Source: Octopus vulgaris (lineage: Eukaryota). From it: a DNA stretch of 64,000 bases. Location: positions 3,596,001 to 3,660,000 of the forward strand of contig OX597821.1 in the NCBI GenBank assembly GCA_951406725.2. Direction: 5' to 3'. The number at the start of each line of letters is the position of its first letter. Positions within the stretch are counted from its first letter, which is position 1. Both the position numbers and the translations under genes were made by a program. The notes under the pieces are model-generated. The model had not been told where the DNA came from and searched no databases. It worked only from the letters and a program-made list of their open reading frames with translations. Shown one piece after another: positions 40,700-54,181 of this stretch.

Positions 40700-41784
40700 G
40701 AGAGAGAGACAGAGAGAGAAAGACGCATATATATATATATATACATACATTTATAAGCATTCATGCATGCATACAGATACTCAACAAGAAAAGGTGGAGT
40801 GTGGTTATAGGTAGCTAATTACACCAAATTGGAACATTTCAATAGGAAATTGGATTTGCTTATTCTCAATATAAGTAATCCTATTGCTTGGAGATATCCA
40901 GTTGCTGACACATTCGTCTTTCTTATCAGACATCAATTCATTTGAGCACGAGATTATATGTTATGTCGCCCCTTTTCGTGAAACGAAATACTATTTAATG
41001 ATGATAGATTAACAAAATTGTTAGATATTTACACAAAATGATTTGCAGCATCTCAATCAAGTCTTGAGATTCTAGGTGATTAGTGCTACCTATGTAGAAC
41101 TGAAAATATAGCGGCCCGGTAACTCTAGTCAAAGTTTATACTGTCCGATCAATATTATATATATTTTATTATATATAAACCGTTTGTCACTGGAGTCATT
41201 TGTGGCAATTTTGGCACTGAAATTAAGGAAACTATCTCATTGTAGGGATATTCTTTTTTAGAATACGAAATTCGTGTTTATTAAGCATGATGTGATTGCA
41301 ATTTTATGATTTCATGCTTTCATTTCAGCGAAGTTTATGTAATATGACATTTAAGTGGTTATTACCTTATGAATTCTCTTTAACAGAATATATTTCTGAA
41401 CACACGAAATTATTCTAATGATATATAACTTAGAATAACTTAGAAAGGTTTTGGCCAGTATTGGCCCAGGCCACACCGAAGATATAAATGTACTGAGGAA
41501 ATTTGTCCGGGACAACCGCATATCAGAGTGTGCAAATAGCAAGCGTAGACTAAACTAGAATGCTTGTATTATATTGGACCCGACAAAGTGCAAAGGTATA
41601 AGACAGATGCGAAATTTAGTGTACTACTCAAGTACAAATACGTCATTGCTGCAGGTTCGTCGTTCTTAGAATTCCGCTCAACCACCGCACTATTTTCTTA
41701 ATATTAATAAGCCCCGAAGAAAGGGTCAGCGCAACGGGGAATTCGACAGAAATATTACGATGTACTTTATTCTACACTCTAAAC

Positions 41785-42116
41785 TAGGGTGGCTAATATG
41801 AGGCCCGCAGGACACATGCGGCCCACACACTTTTATCTTGCAGTCTTTTTGATACTTTCTTTAAGTATTGTGTTTAATTTCGAGATATAGCTGATTGTGT
41901 AAACATTTGTTTCAAAAGCAATTTAAAATTTATAAGCGGCAATAAAGCAATAGCCTACAATTTTATCATTTTAAACAATGGAAAAGTATGAAAAATTCTT
42001 GATTTTGTAATGAGATTGTTTGACTAATAGTGCATAAAGTATACAAGCGTCCGTCAAAAAAATTTCTGTGTTTGAAGTGGCCCGCAATGTATGATAATTC
42101 GAGTTGGCCAGGCATG
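41785..42116. mobile_element. Non-autonomous hAT (Charlie/Buster-like) MITE
   Basis: Perfect 8 bp TSD CTCTAAAC at 41777-41784 and 42117-42124. Imperfect TIRs TAGGGTGGCTAA / TTGGCCAGGCATG. Subterminal GGCCCGC motifs. Confidence 0.85.
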
Positions 42117-42134
42117 CTCTAAACTATATCTCTT

Positions 42135-42924
42135 TCTTGACCACGGACCTACAATCCCAGAGACAAAGGCAGTGAATGATTTCAGGATCAGTATGTGCAA
42201 TGACGTATCATTTTATATGCATATTACTAAGATGGCAGCAAAGTGGAGACAACTGGTAATATGGATACTGATGTCGTTCAGGTCAAGAGACCGAGAAACT
42301 ATGTTGAACCTGTTTGGAACTTTTGTTCTCAGCCGTCTAGACTACAGCTCCCCGTTTTGTTAACCGCATTGTGTCAAACTAACAGCGGAGCATGAAGCAG
42401 TCCAACTATACAAAAAAGGTTTAACACAGTGTAGCGGAAGAGCCAAGGGATAGGTTGAGAAAATAGCAACTTTACTCCCGGAACCACAGGAGTGAGAGAT
42501 ATGCAATAAATTACATATAGAAAACTCTAGAAGGGCTAGTACCTAATTTCGGCATTGAGTGTTATACAGAACTGGCAGTCATTGTGTTGTACGAACGATA
42601 CAATCCACTCCATCTAAATTCAGAAGCAATTACTCCAATAGTCAAGGGTTCAAAGGCCCGCAACTCTTCAATGCCCTGCCACAAAAATTAAGAAATCTGG
42701 ATAAGACGGAAGTAGATGTCGTCATAAAGGCACGTGATATCCTCCTCTCCACAATATCGGATGAACCAACATCCCGACATGATGTGAAACCGAGAGCAGA
42801 GGAATCGAACTTTCTTATACACCAAAATGGGTCAACAGCTGGGACAAAGGCACACACAGGAGTGGTGAGATGAAACGGCAGCATGACCACAGCCGCATGG
42901 CTGAAAAAGGTAGGAGAGTAAAAA
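42135..42924 (+). mobile_element. CR1-like LINE 3' fragment (decayed ORF2 C-terminus plus tail)
   Basis: WILMSFRSRDRETMLNLFGTFVLSRLDYSS, ERYAINYI*KTLEGLVPN, GFKGPQLFNALPQKLRNL, LLSTISDEP are typical of CR1-group post-RT regions. Confidence 0.8.
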
Positions 42925-42929
42925 CGTAC

Positions 42930-42961
<32 letters not shown>

Positions 42962-43049
42962 ACACACACACACATATACATACATACATACATACATACA
43001 TACATACATACATACATAATACATATATATATATATATATATATTATAA

Positions 43050-43085
<36 letters not shown>

Positions 43086-43380
43086 TAATTAAGGGGAACC
43101 TAAGAGATACCGCCATGCTAGAAATAGCAGCCAAAACATGCCTCTAAAACCACATTAAATGTTCATACAGCACCATGGCAGAAGATAAAGAGAGAAAAAA
43201 AGCTAGCAAAAAATTTACTGGATAATTCCAGATTTCGGTTTTCTGACTCTTGGAAAGAAACGTTCTGCCTTCATCAGTGGAATATACGCAGATAGCTCAT
43301 AAATACAAATATTTATATATACAACATACGAATACTTTCATATACGAACGTTATACGTATACATGCACGTATGCTCACGA

Positions 43381-43476
<96 letters not shown>

Positions 43477-43478
<2 letters not shown>

Positions 43479-44197
43479 TGTGTGTGATTGTGTATAGAAG
43501 AATATATTAATAAAAAGAATTCCAACCTTGTCTGATTTTCACGTTTTATTTACAATATAATGATATATTATAAGATAATATATTATAATTGAATAAAATA
43601 AAATGAAATAGTAGAATGTTAAATGTTCATTCTGATTGAACTAGTACTTTCATGCATTGAATTCTGCAATCTTCGGGTTCATGTAGTAGTGTTGACAGTC
43701 ATGCTTCACAATTTTTACTGTAGCAAGATGATTGATTCTGTGCTATAAATACAGCTGGGTAGGCTCCAGAATGCTAGGTTTTGCAAACTGTATTCTGACC
43801 AATCAGTGTGTAGTATCACTCAATTACTTAAGCTGATTGGTTGGTTGAGCTGATTGGTTTAGGCATCACGCTTTGTTGGACATGTCAAGAGTCCTGTATC
43901 TTGACCCTGGCCGAAGCAGCAATTGTTGGGTTATTTTTAGAAATGTTGTAAATATCCTTTGTCAGAGATTTTTATATTTCTATATTTCAATTGTCATCAT
44001 CATCATTGTCAGCACCTTAATTATTGTTGCTAGTGGTGATGGTGGTGGCAATAGAACTTTTAACCCTAAATAAGATAATTTTGCTATCTTCATCTTGATC
44101 ACCTTTAGTATTGTTGTTGTTGTTAGTGGTCATGGTCGTAGCAGTGGAAGTAATACCTCTAAGTATTATTATTATTGCTTATTTAGCTTGGGTTCGA
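43477..44197 (-). mobile_element. Penelope-like fragment with pLTR hammerhead
   Basis: Starts at a (TA)n tract, carries the hammerhead motif at 43637-43681, and is bracketed by a ~60 bp direct repeat. Confidence 0.55.
43637..43681 (-). ncRNA. Minimal type-I hammerhead ribozyme-like motif
   Basis: UGAAC-CCGAAGA-U-UGCA-gaauucaa-UGCA-U-GAA-AGUACU-A-GUUCA: 5 bp helix I, helix II, palindromic helix III, UA cleavage site. One core change (U4C). Confidence 0.7.
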
Positions 44198-44246
44198 ACG
44201 AATACTTACATATACGAACGTATACTTATATATGCACGTATGCATA

Positions 44247-44478
44247 AGGCGGCGAGCTGGCAGACACGTTAGCGCGCCGGGCGAAGTGCTAAGCGGTATT
44301 TCATCTGTCGTTACGTTCTGAGTTCAAATTCCGCCGAGGTCAACTTTGCCTTTCATCCTTTCGGGGCCTATTAATAAAGTACTAGTTTCCCACTGGGGTC
44401 GATATAATCGACTCAATCCCTTCGTCTGTCTTTGTTTGTCCCCTCTATGTTTAGCCCCTTCTGAGCAGTAAAGAAATA
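44247..44478 (+). mobile_element. SINE family B, full length with 18 bp TSD
   Basis: GGCGGCGAGCTGGCAGA...GTAAAGAAATA. TSD TATATATGCAC(G/A)TATGCA at 44227-44244 and 44479-44496. Confidence 0.9.
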
Positions 44479-44504
44479 TATATATGCACATATGCACACG
44501 ATCA

Positions 44505-44540
<36 letters not shown>

Positions 44541-45715
44541 CTTGTTTCAATCATTAGACTGTGGTTATACGTATAGATATATATGTATACACACACTATC
44601 ATGCACACGTGTGTTTCTGTGTGTGAGTACGTGAGCGTGTGTTTGTTCTATTAACATGAAAATAAACTCAAATCACATGCCGTGAGTAGACTTGTATCTC
44701 CAATTAATGAAATGGATTTTATTTCAACACCGATTGAACTTTTATCTTATGACTCCCATTTTGAGCGCTGGCATTCAGGGCTCAGAAATATATTCGTAAA
44801 TTCCCCGAGCTTATGCCTTGTTAGTTGAGTCTCGTTTGGTTCACTCATTCATCTTGAGATACAAACATCACTGCTAAGTCACGGATGCATACTGTTTCCC
44901 AGACCATTTGTTTTTATTCTTCTATTTCTTTAAAACTTGTACTCGTGTGCAAATACATACTCACCGAAATGGCTAACGAAATAAGTCTGTTTTTATTGCG
45001 TCTTAATTTCTGAACGTACATGAAATATATTTATCGTTTTCTCTTGAGAGGTTTTCTCGTAATATGTTCCGCAGATTTGGCTGTCTTAATTGGCATGAGA
45101 GAAAATGTATTCAGCTTCAGTTATCTCGTAAGTACAGGGTTACAATAGTTTTACATTGTCTTCTCCTTAATTATCTCCAGTCGCAAATAAATGATATTCA
45201 GCTTTAATAATTTGTCCCGCTAAACTTCTTTTCTCATATTAGATGAGTCTAAAAATGTTTGTTAAAGTAAAGGTCACGCAAACAAAAGTGTTATACAAGC
45301 AGAAGGGAACATTTATCTTCGTGTAATCGTCATTGCGGCTCTTTGTTACTATTGTCAAAATTATATAAGAAGATTTTTTTTAAATAATTGCTCAGTTAAC
45401 ATTTTATTGTGTTATTCTTGTTCATTCAGTTGTGTGTTGGATTATTTTCTTTTTAGTTTACAGTATTGTGTAGTAATGTGGTATACATACATTTGAGAAC
45501 TCTCTATAAGTCAAAATGCGAAAATATATATAAAAAAAAAAGATTTGTAATCCAGACCATTTTTGTAGTAGAATTCCAGGGTATTAAAAATATGTTTTTA
45601 TTTAAAAAGTTACCATAGTTTTCTGTTATAAGTATTCTAAAGGAAATTTCATTTGTTATTTCTTGAATAAAATGTTTTGGACTGAGAGACAATCAATCTT
45701 TGTAACTTATTATTC

Positions 45716-45795
<80 letters not shown>

Positions 45796-45810
45796 AATAA
45801 ATAAATAAAA

Positions 45811-46176
45811 AGCAAGATTAGTAAATATAAGGACTTGCGAATGGAAATTGAAAAAAATGTGGCATCTCAAGGCGACTACAGTACCAGTGATTGTGGGATC
45901 TCTAGGAATGGCAAAAAAAGGTACTGAAACCTATTTGGAAATGATAGGAAGTGCAATAAAATTGTGTTGACTGGAACGGCTCATGTACTGAGAAGAGCAT
46001 TATTGCTGTGAAAATAACATCCATTCATGAATTTATTTATTAATTAATTTTTAAATACATATTTTGCCTGTGAATTTGCGTGTGTAATCTGGGAATGCAT
46101 ACAATGAGCTTATTTGCCCTATGTGTACGGAAAACACTGTGCGAGAAACGGAAGAAAATTTGAAGAAAGAAGGAAA

Positions 46177-46177
<1 letters not shown>
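45811..46177 (+). mobile_element. 5'-truncated RLE-type non-LTR retrotransposon (R4/Dong-like) in a (TAA)n tract
   Basis: KISKYKDLRMEIEK/MWHLKATTVPVIVGSLGM...KIVLTGTAHVLRRAL is the end of a restriction-like endonuclease domain. (AAT)n on both sides. Confidence 0.8.
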
Positions 46178-46252
<75 letters not shown>

Positions 46253-46706
46253 GTGACGACGACGGCAACAACAGCAACAGCAACAATAATAATACATTTC
46301 AAATTTTGGCACAAGGCCAGGAAGTTGAAAAATTCAGTGCTCATTTTATTGATCCCGAAATAATGAAAGATAAACTGGGTAAATCGGGCAACAATGGTAT
46401 TCGAACTCAGAATTTACAGACGATCTGAATGCTGCTCAGCACAAAAACAGACAATAGAATGTGTGACACCATCATCACGTGTAATTACATGAAGCATGTC
46501 AGACTTAATAGCATTATACATATTCTATTACATTTTTAACTTTTGGGTATATATATATATATGTACACATTAATCAATATAAAGGTAGCAAAAAATTCAA
46601 GAAAAATTTATCGCCACCAGCGGTCTAGTGAGAAAGAAAAAATAGTCACAGACTATATATATATATAATTTCAACAATGTATGTATACATATATGTATAT
46701 ATATAT

Positions 46707-46874
46707 ACATACATACATACATACATACATACAACATACATACATACATACATACATGCATAAATACATACATACATACATACATGCATAAATACATACA
46801 TACATACATACATACATACATACATACATACATACATACATACATACATACATACATACATACATACATACATA
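46707..46874. repeat. (CATA)n microsatellite
   Basis: Directly visible. Confidence 0.95.
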
Positions 46875-47374
46875 CGAGGAGTGAAGAAATATCAAATAGG
46901 CATTTCGATTCCATTACTTGATTGATAATTATTTCGCCAACCTCCGCCAGGATTAAATCTGAAGCCGACCGAAACCGTGTTTGAAGTCAAAACGTTAAGC
47001 GCAATAACGAAACATCGTAATGCCTTTTGTACATTTTAACGATTCTTCAAACCCTCTGCAATAACATCTGCCATTACGAATGGTCTTCATTTTTTTGTAT
47101 TTCTTTTGCCTCCTCGTATCCTCCTGCTTTTCCTCTCCCGCTCATTTTTCCTGCAAATACTACTACTAATATAGCTTTAAAACTGATATGAGGATAACAA
47201 TAATGTTTTGTCGGATCATATGTCCTTTCTCCTTGTGTCTATTCTACAAACTTCATTTGAGCAACTGAACAGAAACGAAAATATATCAGAAACAAAATGA
47301 AATACAACATAAAAATAACACCTATTTTCCATTATGTTTCGATAAGAATGTCACACAAAAAACAGTGCATAATA

Positions 47375-47467
<93 letters not shown>

Positions 47468-47498
47468 TATTATTATCATTATTATTATTTATTTATTC

Positions 47499-47540
<42 letters not shown>
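47375..47540. repeat. (CAT)n/(ATT)n compound microsatellite
   Basis: Directly visible. Confidence 0.95.
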
Positions 47541-47541
<1 letters not shown>

Positions 47542-47799
47542 ATTACCATGGCGAATATTCTGTATTTTCTAACAATAAACATCAGGATGATAATAGCATG
47601 CAGAAATTACATGGTGGGACGTCAAATTACCTATTCCTTCACACTCTTTTGCAAAGAAGAATGATCTATTCCACATTGTTCTACATACATGTACACGTAT
47701 CTGCAAAGACACACACAGGCACGCACGCACACATTGACATTCACACATACATACATATACATACCTGTATGTATGCATGTACATATATATATATGTATA

Positions 47800-47908
<109 letters not shown>

Positions 47909-48078
47909 GAGGCAGATATGTGAGTGTGTGCTTGTCTGTGTGGTGTGCTTCTGTGCGTGTGAGTACCATTGTGGCGGCGTCGATGAGGACTCAATGCCTA
48001 TTTCAGGTAATGTAGCGCTATCTACGTCGGAATCCTCGCAAGTTGTTATTTTCCACATCCTCCTTCATATACTTCATA

Positions 48079-48742
<664 letters not shown>

Positions 48743-49534
48743 CATATGTACGAATAAAGAAGAACAAATAACGACCGGCACATGTTTCAAATATGTTTTT
48801 TCCGTGATCTGATAATAGGGCAGCATGCATTTCTAACGTATACATCAGCTTAAGGGAAATTACCCCAGTAAAATTCCTTAGAATATTATTGCTATCACAG
48901 TAATAGACGTGAAGAACCTGGGTGTAATTATATTAGTTGTAGCCAACATTTACAACTTTATATCCATTGATTCTTTGATCATAAATTCTACTGCCTGATT
49001 TTGAGTTTTCAACGTTACATACATTAGTCTACTTCGTTCGGGCACCCCAAAATTGTTATCATTGATCTCGCTGTAATTTTCGTCTTATGGATATCCATAA
49101 ATAAAATCAAGAGGTTATGAAAGATTACTTCAAAAGTAAGGAAATGTATAAATTAAAACTCTATCAAATGAATGAACATGAACGGAACAAGTATGCATAT
49201 CTTACTCTTATACATAGACTTATAAACAAATATACGTTTATTCATAAATGGAAACAGAAAGACGTCGGCACAGATGCATACGCAAACACTCAATCATACC
49301 AGACGTAATGATACATTGCTCTCCCCTCCAAAACCACTCACGCACACACACAGACACACAGATTCATACACACAAACATACGTGCAATGGAAAATATCAT
49401 ATATCTCTAATATATATACCAACACATTCAATCACTCATTCATATTAAGTGAGAAATGCACAGACAAAATATTATCAGAAACTTCAGTGAATAAATGTGA
49501 ACACGTAAGAATTAGGAGAATATACTATCATATA

Positions 49535-49570
<36 letters not shown>

Positions 49571-49857
49571 GTGTGAAAATATGTATTAGTATATAACTAG
49601 ATATATATTCTCATATAAATATACATATATGTATGTATACATACATACAAACACACACACATACGTATATATGTGTCACGAGCTGGTGATTAACACACGC
49701 CGAGGAAGGGTAACCACCCAGAAACTCGAGTCCGTGTGTATCAGGTGTGTATGACGCAATTACTAAACGGTACACAGAATGTGTCGTTAGCCACCAGAAA
49801 GAAATGTCTTCCTGGGGTTATGAACGCCAGTAGCACTCTCCTGTATTTGACATTTAT

Positions 49858-50133
<276 letters not shown>

Positions 50134-50396
50134 GGCAGGCAATAGGTTGCTTAGCCACATACCGAAAAAATTAGAAATAGCAGTCAGAGACTGTTTTTTT
50201 CTATTTTCTACAAATGAGACTCCACATTTGACATATCCCTGTAATACACATATGCAAAACAGAAGGAAGAAATAACGAAAACAAAGACTAACGGTCATTT
50301 ACGAACGCGTTTCTAGATTAGAAATATATTAAAATATATATTTCATGTCTTTCATCAGCGTAAACCTCCACTAGAATAGATTTATCAAATGCTACG

Positions 50397-50643
50397 TACC
50401 TCCACTTCCCCACCAGGCGCCTGGTCGGCAAGTGGAGGTATGAACCATGGTTTACGCAAACTATTCATCGCTTGAAAAACACCGGCTAATACACGGTGTC
50501 AGGTCTAATAGTTCTTGAGAAAATAATCCAGAACTAGTTACCTCCCTTACAAATAATCTTTTTTCTCAGGAACTATTAGACCTGACACCGTGTATTAGCC
50601 GGTGTTTTTCAAGCGATGAATAGTTTTGCGTAAACCATGGTTC
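50397..50643. repeat. 44 bp palindrome abutting a near-perfect 82 bp-arm inverted repeat
   Basis: Palindrome 50397-50440 (2 mismatches). Arms 50442-50523 and 50561-50643 with a ~37 bp spacer. Confidence 0.9.
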
Positions 50644-50786
50644 GCTTTGTTCTCTTACTTCATTATCAGCTTATAATCATCTCATAATAATGACTTTTAT
50701 GACTCTTATTACTGCCTCAGTCAATCTAAATGTATATATTTGTCGTTACTTGTCATAAATAGCCTTTTCTTATTTGCAATGTGCAT

Positions 50787-50852
<66 letters not shown>

Positions 50853-50855
<3 letters not shown>

Positions 50856-51048
50856 TAACAATAAAGGGTGAAATTAATTAATTTGGAATAATTATTAATT
50901 ACACCAAGTAGATTTCAGCATGTAAAAGCCTCATTCGAGGAAAATTTAAGTAATACTAAGCAATTAAGGGTTTAGCAACGAATTGCCTCACCAATTTCTA
51001 AATTCGGTGTGTGGTGAGGCAATTCGTTGCTAAACCCTTAACTGCTTA

Positions 51049-51052
<4 letters not shown>
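50853..51052. repeat. 200 bp insert in (TA)n ending in a 41 bp-arm foldback
   Basis: Arms 50953-50993 and 51012-51052, one mismatch, 18 bp loop. Confidence 0.85.
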
Positions 51053-51104
<52 letters not shown>

Positions 51105-51112
<8 letters not shown>

Positions 51113-51312
51113 GTATGCGTGTGTGTCTGTGTTTGTCCGCCCCCATCGCTTGGCAACCGATGTTGGTATGTTTACGTCCCCGTAACTTAGTGGTTCTGCA
51201 AATCAGACCAATATAATAAGTACTAGGTTTACAAAGAACACTTCCTAGGGTCGATTCGTTCGACTAAAGGCGGTGCTCCAGCATGACTGAAACAAAAAAA
51301 AGTATAAAAGAA
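51105..51312 (+). mobile_element. SINE family A, 3' half
   Basis: GTGTCTGTGTTTGTCC...CATCGCTTGGCAACCGATG...AAAGGCGGTGCTCCAGCATGACTGAAAC. Confidence 0.85.
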
Positions 51313-51327
51313 CATATATATATATAT

Positions 51328-54016
51328 ATATATATAAAATGCAGTTTGTCTGTCTGTGCGTCTGTCCGGTTGTACCCTCACCCTGTCTACGGCTTTCAAC
51401 CGATTCTGATGAAACTGGACACACACATAGCCCAATGTCATAATTCAAAACTAACGCAGCGAAAATATTGAAAATTTCCCCCAGTTCTGAAAAGAAATCG
51501 ATAAATTCGACATGGGGTCGAGAATCTAAGCTTATCATATGCAACACATTTTCTGCTGTAGTTTTCGCAACTTGCAATCGAGTTTCACCAAACCCATGGT
51601 GAAGCTTAATGTTACCCTAAGAAACTTAATTCTGCCGTGACTTTTCCCTTCAATACCTTACCATCAGAAAAAATCGATAAAATCATGCCACTTTGGGAAA
51701 TCGCGTTCAAATTGAAGATGACATATTTTCGACAATATCTTTAACAAATTGGCAGGAATTTTTTTTTTTAATTCACAGCGAGCATTATGTCTGCTCCAAG
51801 GAGCTATATTGTCCTTTTCATTCCAATAGGATACTTTATTACTGGAAAAAATCGGTTAATTAAATCATATGTGGCACACATAGCAAACCGATTTGTGTAT
51901 TAAACACAAACCACAGACTGTCTAGGGGACGCAACTCGACCTTCTTTAACTCTCTTACTTCCCCCAAATGACTATCAAACAGCTATCGATAATTCAACCC
52001 ACAGGAGGAAATCTAGACTTAATCTTCAAGGTATCCCACATACAAACCAAAGATTACATCGAAACCTCCAGACTAACCTAAGTTTTGGTGAACCAATTCC
52101 TACCAGGAAGAACTTACCTTCGTGACTTTACCTCCAACACCGCTACTTCAAGCAGTCAACGAGACAAAACATGTTCAGACAACATAACCTTGGCTTACTT
52201 CTGCTAATCGCTGTTGCAGCCGCAAGTTATTCGAATCCTTTTTTCGTTTAAACTTTCTTTATAACTACCGCCCCAAACGTTTTACCTTAAATTTTTGACC
52301 TACCCTAAGGGTACTCGGACGCTACTTACAAACTCTTCGTTTATTATAAGCCGCTTTTGTCGTGTGCACCAAAAAATCTTTTCCATTCGTTTGTTCAGTT
52401 TGGTCACTTTTCGCTTTTTCGTTGTTATCACTCACATTGCTGCCCGCTTTTTTTCTGCAACATCGCCAAGAACTCAGAACAGGCCAACATTCTGCGCAGA
52501 TGCAAACTCATCGTATGGGACGAGTGCACTATGGCACACAAAGGGGCCTTTGAGGCACTGGACAGGTCTTGCAAGACATCAGAGATTCTACGGCCCCCAT
52601 GGGAGGATTGACTTCACTTCTTTCAGGAGACTTCAGGCAGATTCTACCTGTTATTCCTAAAGGAACCCGTGCCGATGCCGTGCGCGCGTGCCTTGAGTCG
52701 TCAGCTCTTTGGGCACATGTGCGGCCCTTGCACCTCCAAACTAACATGCGCGCGCAGTTGATTGGTGACAGCGGATCCGCTGCATTCTCTATGGACCTTT
52801 TATCGCTCGGTGAAAATAGGATGCCAGCTGATGCGGACGGCTGCGTTCAATTGGACTCACTGCACCCTGCTAGCCTCCGGGACGCTGTTTTCCACGACCT
52901 ACAAAACAACTTACGCGACCTAAAATGGCTGGCAGGCAGAGCTATTCTCGCACCCAAAAATACAACCGTCAACTCCATCAATATCCAGCTACTTGAAGCT
53001 ATTCCTGGTGATGTCCACGTCTACAAATCTATAGAAAGGAGAGCAGACCCCACCGAGCTTGCCGATTATCCTGTTGAATTCCTGAATTCACTTGAATTGC
53101 CAGTCCTGCCGCCACACATCCGGAAGTTAAAAGTCGGTGCGCCCATTATGGAATTTGGTTCCACCTAAACAGTGCAACGGCACACGTCTGGTTGTGAAAC
53201 ATTTGGCACCACATTTAATAACGGCCACAATACTTACCGGTTGTGGGAAGGGAGAGGACGTCTTCATTCCACGCATGCACCTTCAACCATCGGGCGCTGA
53301 CCTACCAATCCACTTCAGGCGTTCTCAGTTTCCTGTCAAACTCTGCTTTGCAATTACCATCAATAAATCCCAAGGTCAAACGCTACAAGTCGCTGGGTTA
53401 CATTTGGGCGAACAGTGCTTCGCCCACGGTCAACTCTACGTGGGCTGTTCACGCGTTGGGAGGCGCAATGATGTTTTCATGTTTTCGCCCAAAGGGACAG
53501 CTAGGAACGTCGTATACACAGAAGTATTGGGGCGAAGAGAAGACATTGCAACCTACACATGCGCCTTCGTTCCCTAGAGGGAAAGGACTAGATCGGGATT
53601 AGTCGTTGCCTACTAGAGGCTCCCGAGGCCCCTTTCGCTAGACTTAAGTTAGGATTAGGTAGGGGTTAGCTGTGGTCCGAACCCAACTTGGGTTCGAGGA
53701 GGGCGGTGTCAAAAGGGCCCACATGTGCAACCTTATCACCTCTGCCGGTCAAACTCCCAACACATGCGTTCCCGTCGCGACACTGATCCCACAGAACTGG
53801 GTTGGGTGTGCTAAACAAAACCAGAAAATGCACTTTGACTGTCATAGATTTTCTTCATGCATGCAAGGGAACGGTGCCTTGAACGCCTTAATGCCTTTTA
53901 GGCTTCATTTTACAAAATAGCTGTTCAATGAGTACAAAAAAGGGTAAAAAGGTAAAGGGCATTGCTTATCGGCAAAGTTTCTTACATACCCGGGCAACGC
54001 CGGGCTATGCTGCTAG
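51328..54016 (+). mobile_element. Helitron deletion derivative carrying a PIF1-like helicase remnant
   Basis: 5' TATATATAAAATGCAGTTTGTCTGTCTG (the 5' TC is obscured by a TA run). 3' hairpin CCCGGGCAACGCCGGG plus CTAG|T. Helicase fragment inside. Confidence 0.85.
52453..53577 (+). pseudogene. Helitron RepHel PIF1-family helicase C-terminal part, two frameshifts
   Basis: LIVWDECTM (Walker B), GDFRQILPV, LQTNMR, RAILAPKN, YPVEFLNSL, CNGTRL, QFPVKLCFAITINKSQGQTL, FAHGQLYVGCSRV, NVVYTEVL. Frameshifts at ~52568 and ~53150. Confidence 0.92.
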
Positions 54017-54020
54017 TATA

Positions 54021-54075
<55 letters not shown>

Positions 54076-54122
54076 TACACATGCATACACATACAAGCAC
54101 GCACACCCATACTGACACACTG

Positions 54123-54177
<55 letters not shown>

Positions 54178-54181
<4 letters not shown>

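Noticed and set aside
52453-53577. Host PIF1 gene
   Set aside because: Intronless, frameshifted, 5'-truncated and enclosed by Helitron termini.
53645-53670. TTAGG-like telomeric motifs in the Helitron 3' region
   Set aside because: Only a few degenerate units, too short to call an interstitial telomere.
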